Shown here: positions 9,852 to 18,807 of the stretch, in pieces
How the letters are laid out: every line of letters begins with the position of its first letter
How positions within the stretch are numbered: position 1 is the stretch's first letter
Source of the DNA: Phycisphaera mikurensis NBRC 102666
Lineage (GTDB): Bacteria > Planctomycetota > Phycisphaerae > Phycisphaerales > Phycisphaeraceae
Length of the DNA stretch: 32,000 nucleotides
Assembly: GCF_000284115.1 (NCBI RefSeq)
Contig: NC_017080.1
Location: forward strand, 210,001-242,000
Direction: 5' to 3'
Position numbers and translations under genes: made by a program
Notes under the pieces: generated by a model
What the model saw: the letters and a program-made list of their open reading frames with translations, nothing else
Told to the model about the DNA's origin: nothing
The model's database searches: none

Positions 9852-10733
9852 ATGGATCCGCTTCAATCTGTGACATCCGACGCGGCGGGTGCCGGCTCCG
9901 TCTGGTGGGAGGTGCGGGGTTTCGGCCGCGGCCGGCACCCCCGCGGCACGGCCTACCGGCACGACAACGCCAAGCGGCCCCGCACCGGCAGCTGGGTGGT
10001 GGAGCTGGTGGAGGAGGGCCGGATCGCGTTCGAAATCGGCGGCGGGCTGCTCGGCCCGAGCGGCGGCGCCGGCCGCCGGCGGGTGGCCCTGGGGCCGGGG
10101 TCGGTGTTCGTGTTCGCGTACGGCGAGAAGTCTTGCTACGGCGTCGACGGGCGGCTGCCCGCCGAGCACGCCTCCCGCTGGGTCTCGCTCCGCGGGGCCG
10201 GGCTCGGGCCGCACCTGGACCTGCTGCGGCGGGAGGGCTGGCGGCGGATGGCGGGCCAGCCCCGGCACGGCCCGCTGGCGGCGGCGGTGGCGGCGGGGAT
10301 GGACCGGCTGATCGCGGCCGCGGCGCCCGGCGGCGGCGCGACGCCGGCTGAAGCCGCCCACGAGGTGCACCGCTTCGTCGCGACGCTCCTGGCCGAGGGC
10401 GGCCCCGGCCGCGAGCCGGACGAACGCCCCGTCGATCACGCCGTCCGCAGCCTGCTCACCCGCCCGCACGCGCCGTCCTCGCTCAAGGAGGTGGCCGCGG
10501 AGCACGGCGTGAGCCGCGAGCACCTCGCCCGCGTCTTCGCCGAGCGCGTCGGCGAGCCGCCCCACCGCCACCTGGCGCGGCGCCGGGTCCGCCACGCGAT
10601 CGAGCTGCTGCGGTGCACGGGGCTCCCGCTGGCGGCGGTCGCCCGGCAGTCCGGCTTCGCGACGGTGCAGACGCTGCGGCGGCAGGTGCAGCGGGAGACC
10701 GGGCGCTCGCCCGCGGAGCTGCGAGCGGGCTGA
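9852..10733 (+). CDS. AraC-family transcriptional regulator
   Basis: C-terminal double helix-turn-helix: SSLKEVAAEHGVSREHLARVFAERVGEPPHRHLARRRVRHAIELLRCTGLPLAAVARQSGFATVQTLRRQVQRETGRSPAELR; divergent from GH4 gene. Confidence 0.85.
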   Translation: MDPLQSVTSDAAGAGSVWWEVRGFGRGRHPRGTAYRHDNAKRPRTGSWVVELVEEGRIAFEIGGGLLGPSGGAGRRRVALGPGSVFVFAYGEKSCYGVDGRLPAEHASRWVSLRGAGLGPHLDLLRREGWRRMAGQPRHGPLAAAVAAGMDRLIAAAAPGGGATPAEAAHEVHRFVATLLAEGGPGREPDERPVDHAVRSLLTRPHAPSSLKEVAAEHGVSREHLARVFAERVGEPPHRHLARRRVRHAIELLRCTGLPLAAVARQSGFATVQTLRRQVQRETGRSPAELRAG

Positions 10734-10739
10734 GCCCGC
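10725..10739. terminator. Possible bidirectional stem-loop between convergent genes
   Basis: GCGGGC TGA GCCCGC spans the AraC stop codon; the convergent gene ends at 10750. Confidence 0.35.
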
Positions 10740-10749
10740 CGCCGCCGCG

Positions 10750-11361
10750 TCACCGCGGGGCGGGCTCCGCCGGCCCGAGGCGACGCAGCACGGCGAGCGC
10801 CTCGAGGTTCTTGCCCTTTCCGCCGCGGATCGGGCTCTCGACGCAGCCGACGAGCTCCGCGGGGGCACCCGCCTCCGCCGCGATCCGCGGCAGCGACGCC
10901 GCGACGGCGTCGACGATCTCGCGGGCCTCCCCGTCGTCGAGGCGGTGTCGGCCGCTTTCGTAGTGCGGCTTCACGAGCGTGACGACGTGGCCGCCGGGGC
11001 GGCACCAGGCCAGCGCGGCGGGCAGGGCCCGGTCCTGCTTGGTCCAGCCGAGGTCGACGCTGACCACGCCGCACGCCGAGGCGGCTTCCGGCGGCGGGGG
11101 CGCGTGCAGCGCGTTGGTCCGCTCCATCACCACGACGCCGGGGTCCTGCCGCAGCGTCCAGGCGAGCTGGCCGTAAGCCGTGTCCAACGCGTACACGGGC
11201 TCGGCCCCCCCGCGGCGGAGCACGTCGACGAAGCCGCCCACCGATGCGCCCAGGTCGGCCGCCGGCGCACCGGCGGGGGAGACGCCGAAGGCCTCGAGCG
11301 CGGCGAGCAGTTTGAGCGCGCCACGCGACGCCCACGACGCCTCCGGCGGCGTCGCGCTCAC
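10750..11361 (-). CDS. FtsJ/TlyA-like SAM-dependent methyltransferase (probable rRNA methyltransferase)
   Basis: WASRGALKLLAALEAFG, ADLGASVGGFVDVLRRGGAEPVYALDTAYGQLAW, VSVDLGWTKQ...VTLVKPHYE, SPIRGGKGKNLEAL; GTG start overlaps upstream stop (GTGA). Confidence 0.8.
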   Translation of the reverse strand: MSATPPEASWASRGALKLLAALEAFGVSPAGAPAADLGASVGGFVDVLRRGGAEPVYALDTAYGQLAWTLRQDPGVVVMERTNALHAPPPPEAASACGVVSVDLGWTKQDRALPAALAWCRPGGHVVTLVKPHYESGRHRLDDGEAREIVDAVAASLPRIAAEAGAPAELVGCVESPIRGGKGKNLEALAVLRRLGPAEPAPR

Positions 11362-13358
11362 TTCTGGGGATCGGGCTGGGGTTCGGCAGCCTGCGCCGGG
11401 GCGGGCGGGTTCTCCTGCTCCGGCCGCGCCAGCCACGCCGCCCGCAGCAGCGAGAAGAGCGGGTCGGCCGGGCGGGCCTCCTCGGCGAGGGCCAGGCCGT
11501 AGCGGACCAGCTGCCGCGACTCGACCTGCCGGCCGAGGTACGCGAGCATCAGGGCGGGCTCGGCCTTGGGCGACTGCGGGTCGTCGATCAGCTTCTGCAG
11601 CTCGTCCCGCAGCCAAGCCATGCGGTCCGCCGGCGGCAGCAGCTTCTCGGCGTAGCGGGCGGAGATCAGCTCGGGGTGGTCGTTGTAGAGCTCCCGGAGC
11701 GACAGCGCCGCCGAGCGGATCATGCCCGCGGCCATCTGGGCGTGGACGAGGCCGACGCGGGCGAGCGGCTGCTCGCCGGCGTCGAGCACCACCTGGCGGT
11801 ACAGCGACTCCGCGTCGAAGAAGCGGCCCTCGGCGAGCGCCGCCTCCGCGCCGGCGAGCGACTCGTTGATGCGGTTCTGCCGGGCGCCGCGGAGGGTCTC
11901 CAGCCGCGGGCCGTCGTAGCCGAGCTGGCTGGCCACCGCGCGCGCGTCCTCGGACGCCGCGTCCCCCTCGGCGGCCCCGGCCGCGTCGTCGTTGCCCGCC
12001 CCCAGCCCGCGGAGCAGGTCGTCCACCGAGCGTTGGCGGCGGTTCTCGGCATTGGTGAGCGCCTCGTCGGAGACGCCGGCGAGCTCCCGCATCCAAGCGG
12101 GCCGGTCGGCCCCCGGGCCGCCGGCGTCGGTCACCAGCTCGCCGCCGCGCAGCCGGCGGAGCAGGTCGAGGTAGGGCTCGGGCGTGTCGCCGTCGCCGCG
12201 GCCGGCTTCCTCCTCGGCGAGCGGGCGGAGGATCTGGGCCCGGAGCCGGGCGAGGCGGTCGCCGGACCCGCCCGCCGCGGCCTGCTCGCCGGATCCGCCG
12301 GCGTTCCGCAGCACCGGGTTGAGCTGAGCCCCCAGCTGGATCGCCAGCGGCACGCCGCCGCGGGCCACGCCGCCGAGGTTCTCGCCTTCGCCCGAGGCCT
12401 CCGGGTCGGGGGCGCCCGGCAGCCGCCGCTGGGCTTCCCGCGGCAGCGTCGGCGCGGCCTCGCCGGCCGCGCCGGCGGGGAGCCCGCCGTTGCGGCCCTG
12501 CACCGCCGCGGCGCGGGGGCCGTCGGCGGCCGGCGCCTCGCCGGCACCGATGCGCAGCTCCCGGGCGCCAGGCGTCGCGGCGGAGGGCGCCGAGGCGGTG
12601 GTGCGGCGGAGGTCCTGCGGGTTCGGGGCGTCCTGGCCGTCGCCGGTTGCCTCGCCGCCGGCCGCGGCCCGCGCCGCCTCGCCCGCCGGCGGCCCGACCT
12701 CCGACTCCCGCACGCCGAAGAGCGGGCTGGCGTCGAGCTGCAGCCGACGCCCGTCGGGCGCCTCGAAGCGGCCGAGGGTGTCCCCGCCGGCGCGGGCGCC
12801 CTCGCGCCCGCCGTCCGCGGCGACGCGCCCGCCGGAGGGCCCGCGGAGCAGGTCGGGGTTGAAGCGGGTGGCGCCGGCGCCCACGCGTGCGGCGCTGACG
12901 CCGTCGGCGCCGACGACCAGCCGCTCGGGACCGCTGCCGGTGCGGCCGGCCGAGGGCGTGAAGTAGCTGTCGTAGATGATGTTCCCGCCCGCGATGCCGC
13001 CCGAGCCCGGCTGCGGGGTGAACCGCTGCGTCGGCGGGCCGCCGACGCCACCGGGGATCGCGCTGTCGGCCCGGAAGCGGAACAGGTCGTCGCTGCCGAG
13101 CTCCCCGCCGAAAGCGCCCTCCGCCCGGATCCCGGCGTCGCCGCGGAACTGGCGTCCGCCGGTCACCTGCCCGGTGATCAGCAGGTTGCGGGCGCTGTAG
13201 TCCAGCTGCGTGTTCTGCGGGTTGACGCCGCCGGAACCGGCTTGCGGGTTCGCGTCCAGCGCCCGGCCGTTCTGCGGCGCGGCCCGCTGCGCGGCGGCGG
13301 GCGGCGCGAGGCTCGCGGCGCTGGCGAGGAGGGCGAGGGCGAGGTGGAGCTTGGACAT
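11358..13358 (-). CDS. Large secreted protein of unknown function: signal peptide, long low-complexity Gly/Ala/Arg/Glu-rich region, C-terminal helical (TPR-like) region
   Basis: MSKLHLALALLASAASLAPPAAAQ signal peptide; C-terminal EAALAEGRFFDAESLYRQVVLDAGEQPLARVGLVHAQMAAG resembles tetratricopeptide repeats. Confidence 0.7.
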   Translation of the reverse strand: MSKLHLALALLASAASLAPPAAAQRAAPQNGRALDANPQAGSGGVNPQNTQLDYSARNLLITGQVTGGRQFRGDAGIRAEGAFGGELGSDDLFRFRADSAIPGGVGGPPTQRFTPQPGSGGIAGGNIIYDSYFTPSAGRTGSGPERLVVGADGVSAARVGAGATRFNPDLLRGPSGGRVAADGGREGARAGGDTLGRFEAPDGRRLQLDASPLFGVRESEVGPPAGEAARAAAGGEATGDGQDAPNPQDLRRTTASAPSAATPGARELRIGAGEAPAADGPRAAAVQGRNGGLPAGAAGEAAPTLPREAQRRLPGAPDPEASGEGENLGGVARGGVPLAIQLGAQLNPVLRNAGGSGEQAAAGGSGDRLARLRAQILRPLAEEEAGRGDGDTPEPYLDLLRRLRGGELVTDAGGPGADRPAWMRELAGVSDEALTNAENRRQRSVDDLLRGLGAGNDDAAGAAEGDAASEDARAVASQLGYDGPRLETLRGARQNRINESLAGAEAALAEGRFFDAESLYRQVVLDAGEQPLARVGLVHAQMAAGMIRSAALSLRELYNDHPELISARYAEKLLPPADRMAWLRDELQKLIDDPQSPKAEPALMLAYLGRQVESRQLVRYGLALAEEARPADPLFSLLRAAWLARPEQENPPAPAQAAEPQPDPQK

Positions 13359-13471
13359 GAGCGTTCTCCGGGATCGGCTCGCGGGCGGTCCGCGGCCGCA
13401 AAGAGCGTAGGGGCCAACCGGCCGCTCCCCGGGTCCGCGGCCCGCCGCGGCCCGCCGCCGCCCCGGCGGTC

Positions 13472-14380
13472 TCAGCCGACGTCGAGCATCGACACGTACG
13501 CCCGCTCCCGCTCGGCCAGCTCCTCGCGGGTCAGCGACTCCAGCGCCGCCAGCGAGAAGGCCTCGATCGTGAAGCTCGCGACGACGGTCCCGGCGGCCAT
13601 CGCGGTCATGATCCCGCCGAAGCCGCGGTCGCCGGTCGCCGCCAGCCGGCCCATCATCCCGCCGCCGAAGGAATCCCCGGCCCCGGTGGGGTCGACCACG
13701 TCGGCCGCGGGAAAGGCCGGCAGCGCACCCTCGCCGTCCCGGTGGACGAGCACCGCCCCGTGCTCGCCCTTCTTCACGACGACGAAGGCCGGGCCCATCT
13801 CCAGGATCTTCCGGCCCGCGCGGACGACGTTCCGCTCCTCGGTCAGCTGGAAGGCCTCGGCGTCGTTGAGCACGAGGCCGTCGACGTTCTTCAGCAGCTC
13901 CATCAGCTCGTCGCGGGCGATGGAGATCCACAGGTCCATCGTGTCCGCGACGACCAGCTCCGCGTCGGGGAAGGACCGCCGCAGCCCCAGCTGCGCGGCG
14001 GGGTGGGCGTTGGCGAGGAAGACGGTCCGCGTGTCGGCGTAGGCCTCGGGCACCGGCGGGCCGTCCTCGCCGAGCACGTTCAGGTCGACCGAGAGCGTCT
14101 CGCGGTCGTTCATGTTCTCGAGGTACCGGCCCGTCCAGCGGAAGGTCTTGCTGCCCGCCCGCTTCTCCAGGCCGGCGAGGTCGATGTCGAAGCGGTGGAA
14201 GGGCGCCTCCAGCTCGGCGGGGAAGTCGTCGCCGACGGCGGCGACGAGGCGGACCGGCCCCTGAAAGCTGGCGGCCGCGGCGAAGTAGATCGCCGAGCCG
14301 CCCAGCACCGAGTCCGCCGAGCCGGTGGGCGTGTGGACGGTGTCGATGCCGATGGATCCGGTGACGAGCAGGCTGTTCAT
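13472..14380 (-). CDS. PfkB-family carbohydrate/nucleoside kinase
   Basis: SIGIDTV...GGSAIYFAAAA and C-terminal DVVDPTGAGDSFGGGMMGRLA signature. Confidence 0.88.
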   Translation of the reverse strand: MNSLLVTGSIGIDTVHTPTGSADSVLGGSAIYFAAAASFQGPVRLVAAVGDDFPAELEAPFHRFDIDLAGLEKRAGSKTFRWTGRYLENMNDRETLSVDLNVLGEDGPPVPEAYADTRTVFLANAHPAAQLGLRRSFPDAELVVADTMDLWISIARDELMELLKNVDGLVLNDAEAFQLTEERNVVRAGRKILEMGPAFVVVKKGEHGAVLVHRDGEGALPAFPAADVVDPTGAGDSFGGGMMGRLAATGDRGFGGIMTAMAAGTVVASFTIEAFSLAALESLTREELAERERAYVSMLDVG

Positions 14381-14397
14381 GGGCGCAACCTACGGGC

Positions 14398-14443
14398 TCC
14401 GGGTCCGCCGGTCGCCGAGCCCGATGGAAGCCGCGGTCCGCGG
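14398..14443. repeat. Degenerate candidate copy F of the 46-bp palindromic element
   Basis: Right arm CGGTCCGCGG exact at 14434-14443; left arm TCCGGGTCCG degenerate. Confidence 0.3.
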
Positions 14444-14487
14444 GATCGCCGGGCGTTGGCGCGGCCCCGCCGCCGGCCGCGACGTCG

Positions 14488-16518
14488 TCAGAGCCGCTCG
14501 ATCGCCGTCGCGTAGGCCTCTTCGTAGTGCGCCGCGAGCTGTCTCCAGTCGAAGTCCTGGGCGAAGTCCTCGACGGCGTTGCGCTGGGTGATGCGGCCGC
14601 GGCGGTCGAGGCGGCAGAACCGCAGCATCTCCTCGGTGAGGACCTCGGCGGAGTGGTTGGGGTCGGTGCCGCGGCGTGGCACGATCGACACGCCCTCGGG
14701 CACGCCGGCGGTGCCGCCCTCGGCGCCGCCGTGCCGCTGGGCGGGCATGTGCTGGGCGACGTAGCTGCCGAAGCCGGCGAGGTCGCTGGTGATCGCGGGC
14801 ACGCCCAGGGCGATCGACTCCAGCGGCGTGTACCCCCAGGGCTCGTAGTAGCTGGGGAACACGCCGAGGTGGCAGCCGCGGACGAACTGGTCGTAGTCCA
14901 TCCCGAAGAGCGGGCTGGTGCCGCTGATGAAGTCGGGGTGGAAGACCACCTTGACCGGGTCCTCCTGCGCGTTGTGGAGGTGGCAGCGGTGCAGCTGGTC
15001 GAGCACCGGGTCGCGGCCGGGGTCGACCAGGTCGTGGGTCACCACCGAGGGCAGGCCGCTGCGCTTCCACTCCTGCTGCAGCCGCCGCAGCCGCAATTTG
15101 GAGTAGTCGTCGACGAGCGTGTTCAGGTCGGTCGTGCCGCCCCGGGTCGCCTCCATGAACAGCCGCTCGGCGATCTGCCGCTCGTAGCGCGCGATCGTGC
15201 GCCGGAAGTCGTCGACGTAGGAGCAGCCCTTCAGCGAGGCGACCGAGATCGACCGCGTGGCCGCCCGGGTGATCAGGAAGAAGACCACGGTGACGCCGCT
15301 CCCCTCGGCTTTGAGGCGGTGGTTGAGCCGGGCGAGGGCCTCGATCGTCAGGTCCATCCCCTTGTTGCGGTACTCGTAGCGGCCGCTGGTGAAGAGGTAG
15401 AGCGTCTTGTCGAGGTCGAAGGTGTAGCTCGGGAAGAAGTGCCCGATCGTGAACTCGTGGATCCGGTTCTTGTACTCGTCGTGGAGGTGCTGGAACTGGT
15501 GGATGGCCGCGAAACGCTCGGTGTTGATGCCGTTGGGGAGCACGTGGTCGACGTCGCGGCCGAGCAGGTGGCGGCACTCCAGCGCGGTGATGTCGCTGAC
15601 GGTCGTGAAGACCTGCGAGCCGTGGGCGGCCGCGCGCTCGATGCCGTGCTGGCTGGCGACGTTGAACTTCGTCGCCTCGGCCCCCGCGTCGTAGAAGGGC
15701 AGGTGGTCGTAGAACGTCGGGTCGTTCATCGCCAGGTAGCGGCCGAGCACCGTCGCGTGCGTGGTGAACACGAAGGTGCCCGGCCAGCTCTCCTGGCGGA
15801 GCATGGGGATGCACGGCGCGGCCATCCACTCGTGGATCTGGGCGACCACGGCGCGGCCCGAGGGCGACGCTTCGTGGTCGCCGGGGCCCGCCCCGTGCTC
15901 GCCGGCGGCGCGGGCGGCGTCGGCCTCCTCGGGGGCGAGCGGCTGCTCGGCCGTGGCACCGCTCTGCGTGAGGAAGCTCAGGAACACGCGCAGGCACTCG
16001 CCGAAGGCGACGACGCCGTCGATGAGCTCGTCGTCGGGCGTGGGGATCTGGTGGTCGCGCCAGAGCCGGGCCTTGACGTCGCCGAGGTACCGCTGGGCGT
16101 CGCTGCGGTGCAGCAGCACGATCCAGGGCCGGCCCGCGACCAGCCAGCGGCCGAGCTCGACGCGGTAGCCCGCGGCCCGCATCGCCTCCACCGCGGGCCG
16201 GAAGGGGCTGGCCCCCTCGTCGCTCTCGAACTCCCGCAGCGCGTGGACCTGGTCGTAGGGCCCGGCGAGGCAGTAGCGGTTGCCCCACTTGGTCTGCATC
16301 GTCTGCACCTTCGTGCGCAGCACGGTGTAGATGCCGCCGATGGGGTTGCACGCCTCCCACGCCGCCTCGACCAGCAGCGGCTGGCGGGCCGTCGCGCTGC
16401 GGAGGGCGTTGCCGGTCCGCTCGTGGACGTTCGCGGGCCGGTCGCCGCGGCGGACCGGCACGGGGTCCTCTTCGGGGCCGCGGGCCGCGGCGAGCAAGTC
16501 GGCGTCGGGGTCGGGCAT
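14488..16518 (-). CDS. GT3-family (eukaryote-type) glycogen synthase
   Basis: EAAWEACNPIGGIYTVLRTKVQTMQTKWGNRYCLAGPY, FTTHATVLGRYLA, SQHGIERAAAHGSQVFTTVSDITALE, LLGRDVDHVLPNGIN, GVFPSYYEPWGYTPLESIALGVPAITSDLAGFG. Confidence 0.9.
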   Translation of the reverse strand: MPDPDADLLAAARGPEEDPVPVRRGDRPANVHERTGNALRSATARQPLLVEAAWEACNPIGGIYTVLRTKVQTMQTKWGNRYCLAGPYDQVHALREFESDEGASPFRPAVEAMRAAGYRVELGRWLVAGRPWIVLLHRSDAQRYLGDVKARLWRDHQIPTPDDELIDGVVAFGECLRVFLSFLTQSGATAEQPLAPEEADAARAAGEHGAGPGDHEASPSGRAVVAQIHEWMAAPCIPMLRQESWPGTFVFTTHATVLGRYLAMNDPTFYDHLPFYDAGAEATKFNVASQHGIERAAAHGSQVFTTVSDITALECRHLLGRDVDHVLPNGINTERFAAIHQFQHLHDEYKNRIHEFTIGHFFPSYTFDLDKTLYLFTSGRYEYRNKGMDLTIEALARLNHRLKAEGSGVTVVFFLITRAATRSISVASLKGCSYVDDFRRTIARYERQIAERLFMEATRGGTTDLNTLVDDYSKLRLRRLQQEWKRSGLPSVVTHDLVDPGRDPVLDQLHRCHLHNAQEDPVKVVFHPDFISGTSPLFGMDYDQFVRGCHLGVFPSYYEPWGYTPLESIALGVPAITSDLAGFGSYVAQHMPAQRHGGAEGGTAGVPEGVSIVPRRGTDPNHSAEVLTEEMLRFCRLDRRGRITQRNAVEDFAQDFDWRQLAAHYEEAYATAIERL

Positions 16519-16584
16519 CGCCCGATCGTAGAGGGGGCCTGCCGCGGTCACCGCCGCCGCCGACGCGGACCCGTAGCCTCGCGG

Positions 16585-17226
16585 ATGGACGAGCAGCGGC
16601 TGGACGCCGGGGCGTGGGTGGCGGCGATCACCGGCGACGACGCGGACGCGGTGGCGCGGGCGGTGGCCGCCGAGCCGGCTCGCGCCCGCGGATTTCTCAC
16701 CCGCGACCGGCCGTGGGGGCCCGAGCGGTGGATGCCGCTGCACCTCGCCGCCGACGCCGGCGCCGCGCGCGTCCTCGACGCCCTCCTCGCGGCGGGCGTG
16801 TCCGTCGAGCCGCGCAGCCAGGCCCCCGGGGCACCGCTCACCCGGGGCCGCGCCACCCCGCTGCACCTCGCCGCGGCCGCCGGCCACGCCGAAGCGGTCC
16901 TCCGCCTGGTCGCCGCCGGCGCCGAGCCGGACGTGCTCGACGCCGCCGGCGACCGTCCGCTGCACCTCGCCGCCCGCGCCGGCCACGCCGACGCGGTGCA
17001 GGCCCTGCGGATGTCCGACGCGGCGCTGGAGGCCCGCAGCGGCCGCGGCCGCACGCCGCTGCACGAGGCGATCGCGGGCGGGAGCGAGGACGCGGCGCTG
17101 GCGCTGCTGCGCGCCGGCGCCGACGCCGCGGCGTTGTGCCCGAAGGAGCCGGGGAAGCGGACGGTCCGCGAGCGGGCCGCCGCCGCGGGGATGGAGCGCC
17201 TGCTCTCCGCGCTCCCGCCCGCCTGA
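16585..17226 (+). CDS. Ankyrin-repeat protein
   Basis: Repeated MPLHLAADAGAARVLDALLAAG, TPLHLAAAAGHAEAVLRLVAAGAEP, RPLHLAARAGHADAV, TPLHEAIAGGSEDAALALLRAGAD. Confidence 0.85.
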   Translation: MDEQRLDAGAWVAAITGDDADAVARAVAAEPARARGFLTRDRPWGPERWMPLHLAADAGAARVLDALLAAGVSVEPRSQAPGAPLTRGRATPLHLAAAAGHAEAVLRLVAAGAEPDVLDAAGDRPLHLAARAGHADAVQALRMSDAALEARSGRGRTPLHEAIAGGSEDAALALLRAGADAAALCPKEPGKRTVRERAAAAGMERLLSALPPA

Positions 17227-17300
17227 CGGGCCGCGCCGCCCGCGCCAGCCGCATCGCATCGCGACCCGATGCGGGCCGCTGGCACCCGCCGCGAGGGGCC

Positions 17301-17885
17301 TCAGGCCGTCTCTTCGCGCCACTTGATGTTGCAGCCCATCGACGGCCGCTGCTCCACCGCCACCTCTTCGCCCGCGAGCACCTGCTCGATCGCCGCCCGC
17401 AGCGTCGCCCCGTCCGCCTGGCCGTCGCGGTCGTCGTACACGCCGCTCTTGACCCGGTGCGGCCGCGTCGGGTCGAGTTCGCCGCGGTAGGCGAGCTTGT
17501 GCTCCGCATCGAAGAGGAAGAAGTCCGGCGTGCACGCGGCCGTAAACGCCCGCGCCACCTCCTGCGTCGCGTCGTAGAGGTACGGGAAGGCGTAGCCGCG
17601 GGCCTGCACCTCCTCCTTCATCTTCTCGGGCGCGTCCTCGGGGTACGCCTGCGCGTCGTTGCTGCTGATCGCGACCACGGCGAGCCGGCCGGCGTAATCG
17701 TCGCCCAGCCGCTTGAGCTCGGGCGCCACGTGCTTCACGTACGGGCAGTGGTTGCAGATGAACATCACCAGCATCGGCACGCCGGCGAACTCCTCGTTCG
17801 TGCGGACGCGGCCGGCGGTGTCGGGCAGGGCGAAGGCGGGGGCGGGGGTGCCCAGCGGGAGCATCGTGGAGGGGGTGAGGGCCAT
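17301..17885 (-). CDS. Thioredoxin-like/AhpC-TSA family protein
   Basis: APAFALPDTAGR...LVMFICNHCPYVKHVAPEL...CTPDFFLFDAEHKLAYRGELDPTRP. Confidence 0.85.
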   Translation of the reverse strand: MALTPSTMLPLGTPAPAFALPDTAGRVRTNEEFAGVPMLVMFICNHCPYVKHVAPELKRLGDDYAGRLAVVAISSNDAQAYPEDAPEKMKEEVQARGYAFPYLYDATQEVARAFTAACTPDFFLFDAEHKLAYRGELDPTRPHRVKSGVYDDRDGQADGATLRAAIEQVLAGEEVAVEQRPSMGCNIKWREETA

Positions 17886-17938
17886 GACGCGGACGCTACG
17901 CGGACCGGGGCCGCGCCCGGCGCAGCCCGCCGGCCGGC

Positions 17939-18406
17939 TCAGCCCCTCATCTCGACGATCTCGAAGCGCTTCACGCCCTTGGGCAGGTCCACCTTCACGG
18001 TCTCGCCGACGCGGGCCTTCATGAGCGCCTCGCCCATCGGGCTGCTCGCGGTCACCTCGATTTCGTCCGCGTCGAAGCTGCCCGAGGCGGTGCCCACCAG
18101 CTTGTACAGGTCGCTGGAGTCGTCGCTGAGGTCCTTGAGCACCACGACCGAGCCCAGGAAGACCATGTCGTCGGGCTTCTCCACGTTGTCGGTCACCTGG
18201 GCGTTCTGCAGCTTCTCCTCCAGGCGCTTGATCTCCGCCTCCTCCATGCCCTGCCGCTCGCGCATCGCGTGGTACTCGGCGTTCTCCTTGAGGTCCCCCT
18301 GCTCCCGGGCGGCGGCGATGCGCTCCTTGATGTCGGTGCGGTTGTGGTGCAGCTCGTCCAGGCGGGCCTGGATGCGCGACTGGTCTTCGGGGGTGATGAA
18401 CTCCAC
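17939..18406 (-). CDS. greA: Transcription elongation factor GreA/GreB family
   Basis: ARLDELHHNRTDIKERIAAAREQGDLKENAEYHAMRERQGMEEAEIKRLEEKL and C-terminal SPMGEALMKARVGETVKVDLPKG; GTG start with CTGGAG upstream. Confidence 0.92.
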   Translation of the reverse strand: MEFITPEDQSRIQARLDELHHNRTDIKERIAAAREQGDLKENAEYHAMRERQGMEEAEIKRLEEKLQNAQVTDNVEKPDDMVFLGSVVVLKDLSDDSSDLYKLVGTASGSFDADEIEVTASSPMGEALMKARVGETVKVDLPKGVKRFEIVEMRG

Positions 18407-18807
18407 GGGGGGAAACTCCAGGGTCGGGGAACGAGGAAACGGGACGCGACGGGCTGCGCAAGCAGGCGACCTTCCGCCGCGGGGATCCGCTGGGCGTGGC
18501 CGTCCCCCGCGGTGACGGGTGCGGGGCGTGCGGACTCTAACCCGATGCCCCGCCGCCGGGCCGCCGGGCCGCCGCCCCGCGAACCGACACGGGGCGACCG
18601 CCGCCCGCCCCGGCCCCGCGTTGCAGCGCCCACACCGCCGCTTGTGTGAGGATTGCGCAAGAAGTGGGCGAAATTTTTGAGGACGACCTTCCGACGGGAC
18701 GGAAGATCCGCTACGCTTGGCGGGAAATTCCCTCCGCTCCAACCCGCAGCCGCACCGTGCGGCGCGGGTTCTGTGATGCGGACCATCCGCCACACCCGGA
18801 GAATCTG

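Noticed and set aside
13386-13440. Two CGGTCCGCGG/GGGTCCGCGG half-sites between PfkB and the secreted-protein gene
   Set aside because: No matching left arm at the 46-bp spacing; not counted as an element copy.
11676-14042. 788-aa plus-strand ORF
   Set aside because: Antisense to the secreted protein and PfkB genes; compositional artefact.
14527-16584. Upstream portion of the 899-aa plus-strand ORF
   Set aside because: Antisense to GT3; only the last 213 aa (16585-17226, ankyrin repeats) is a real gene.
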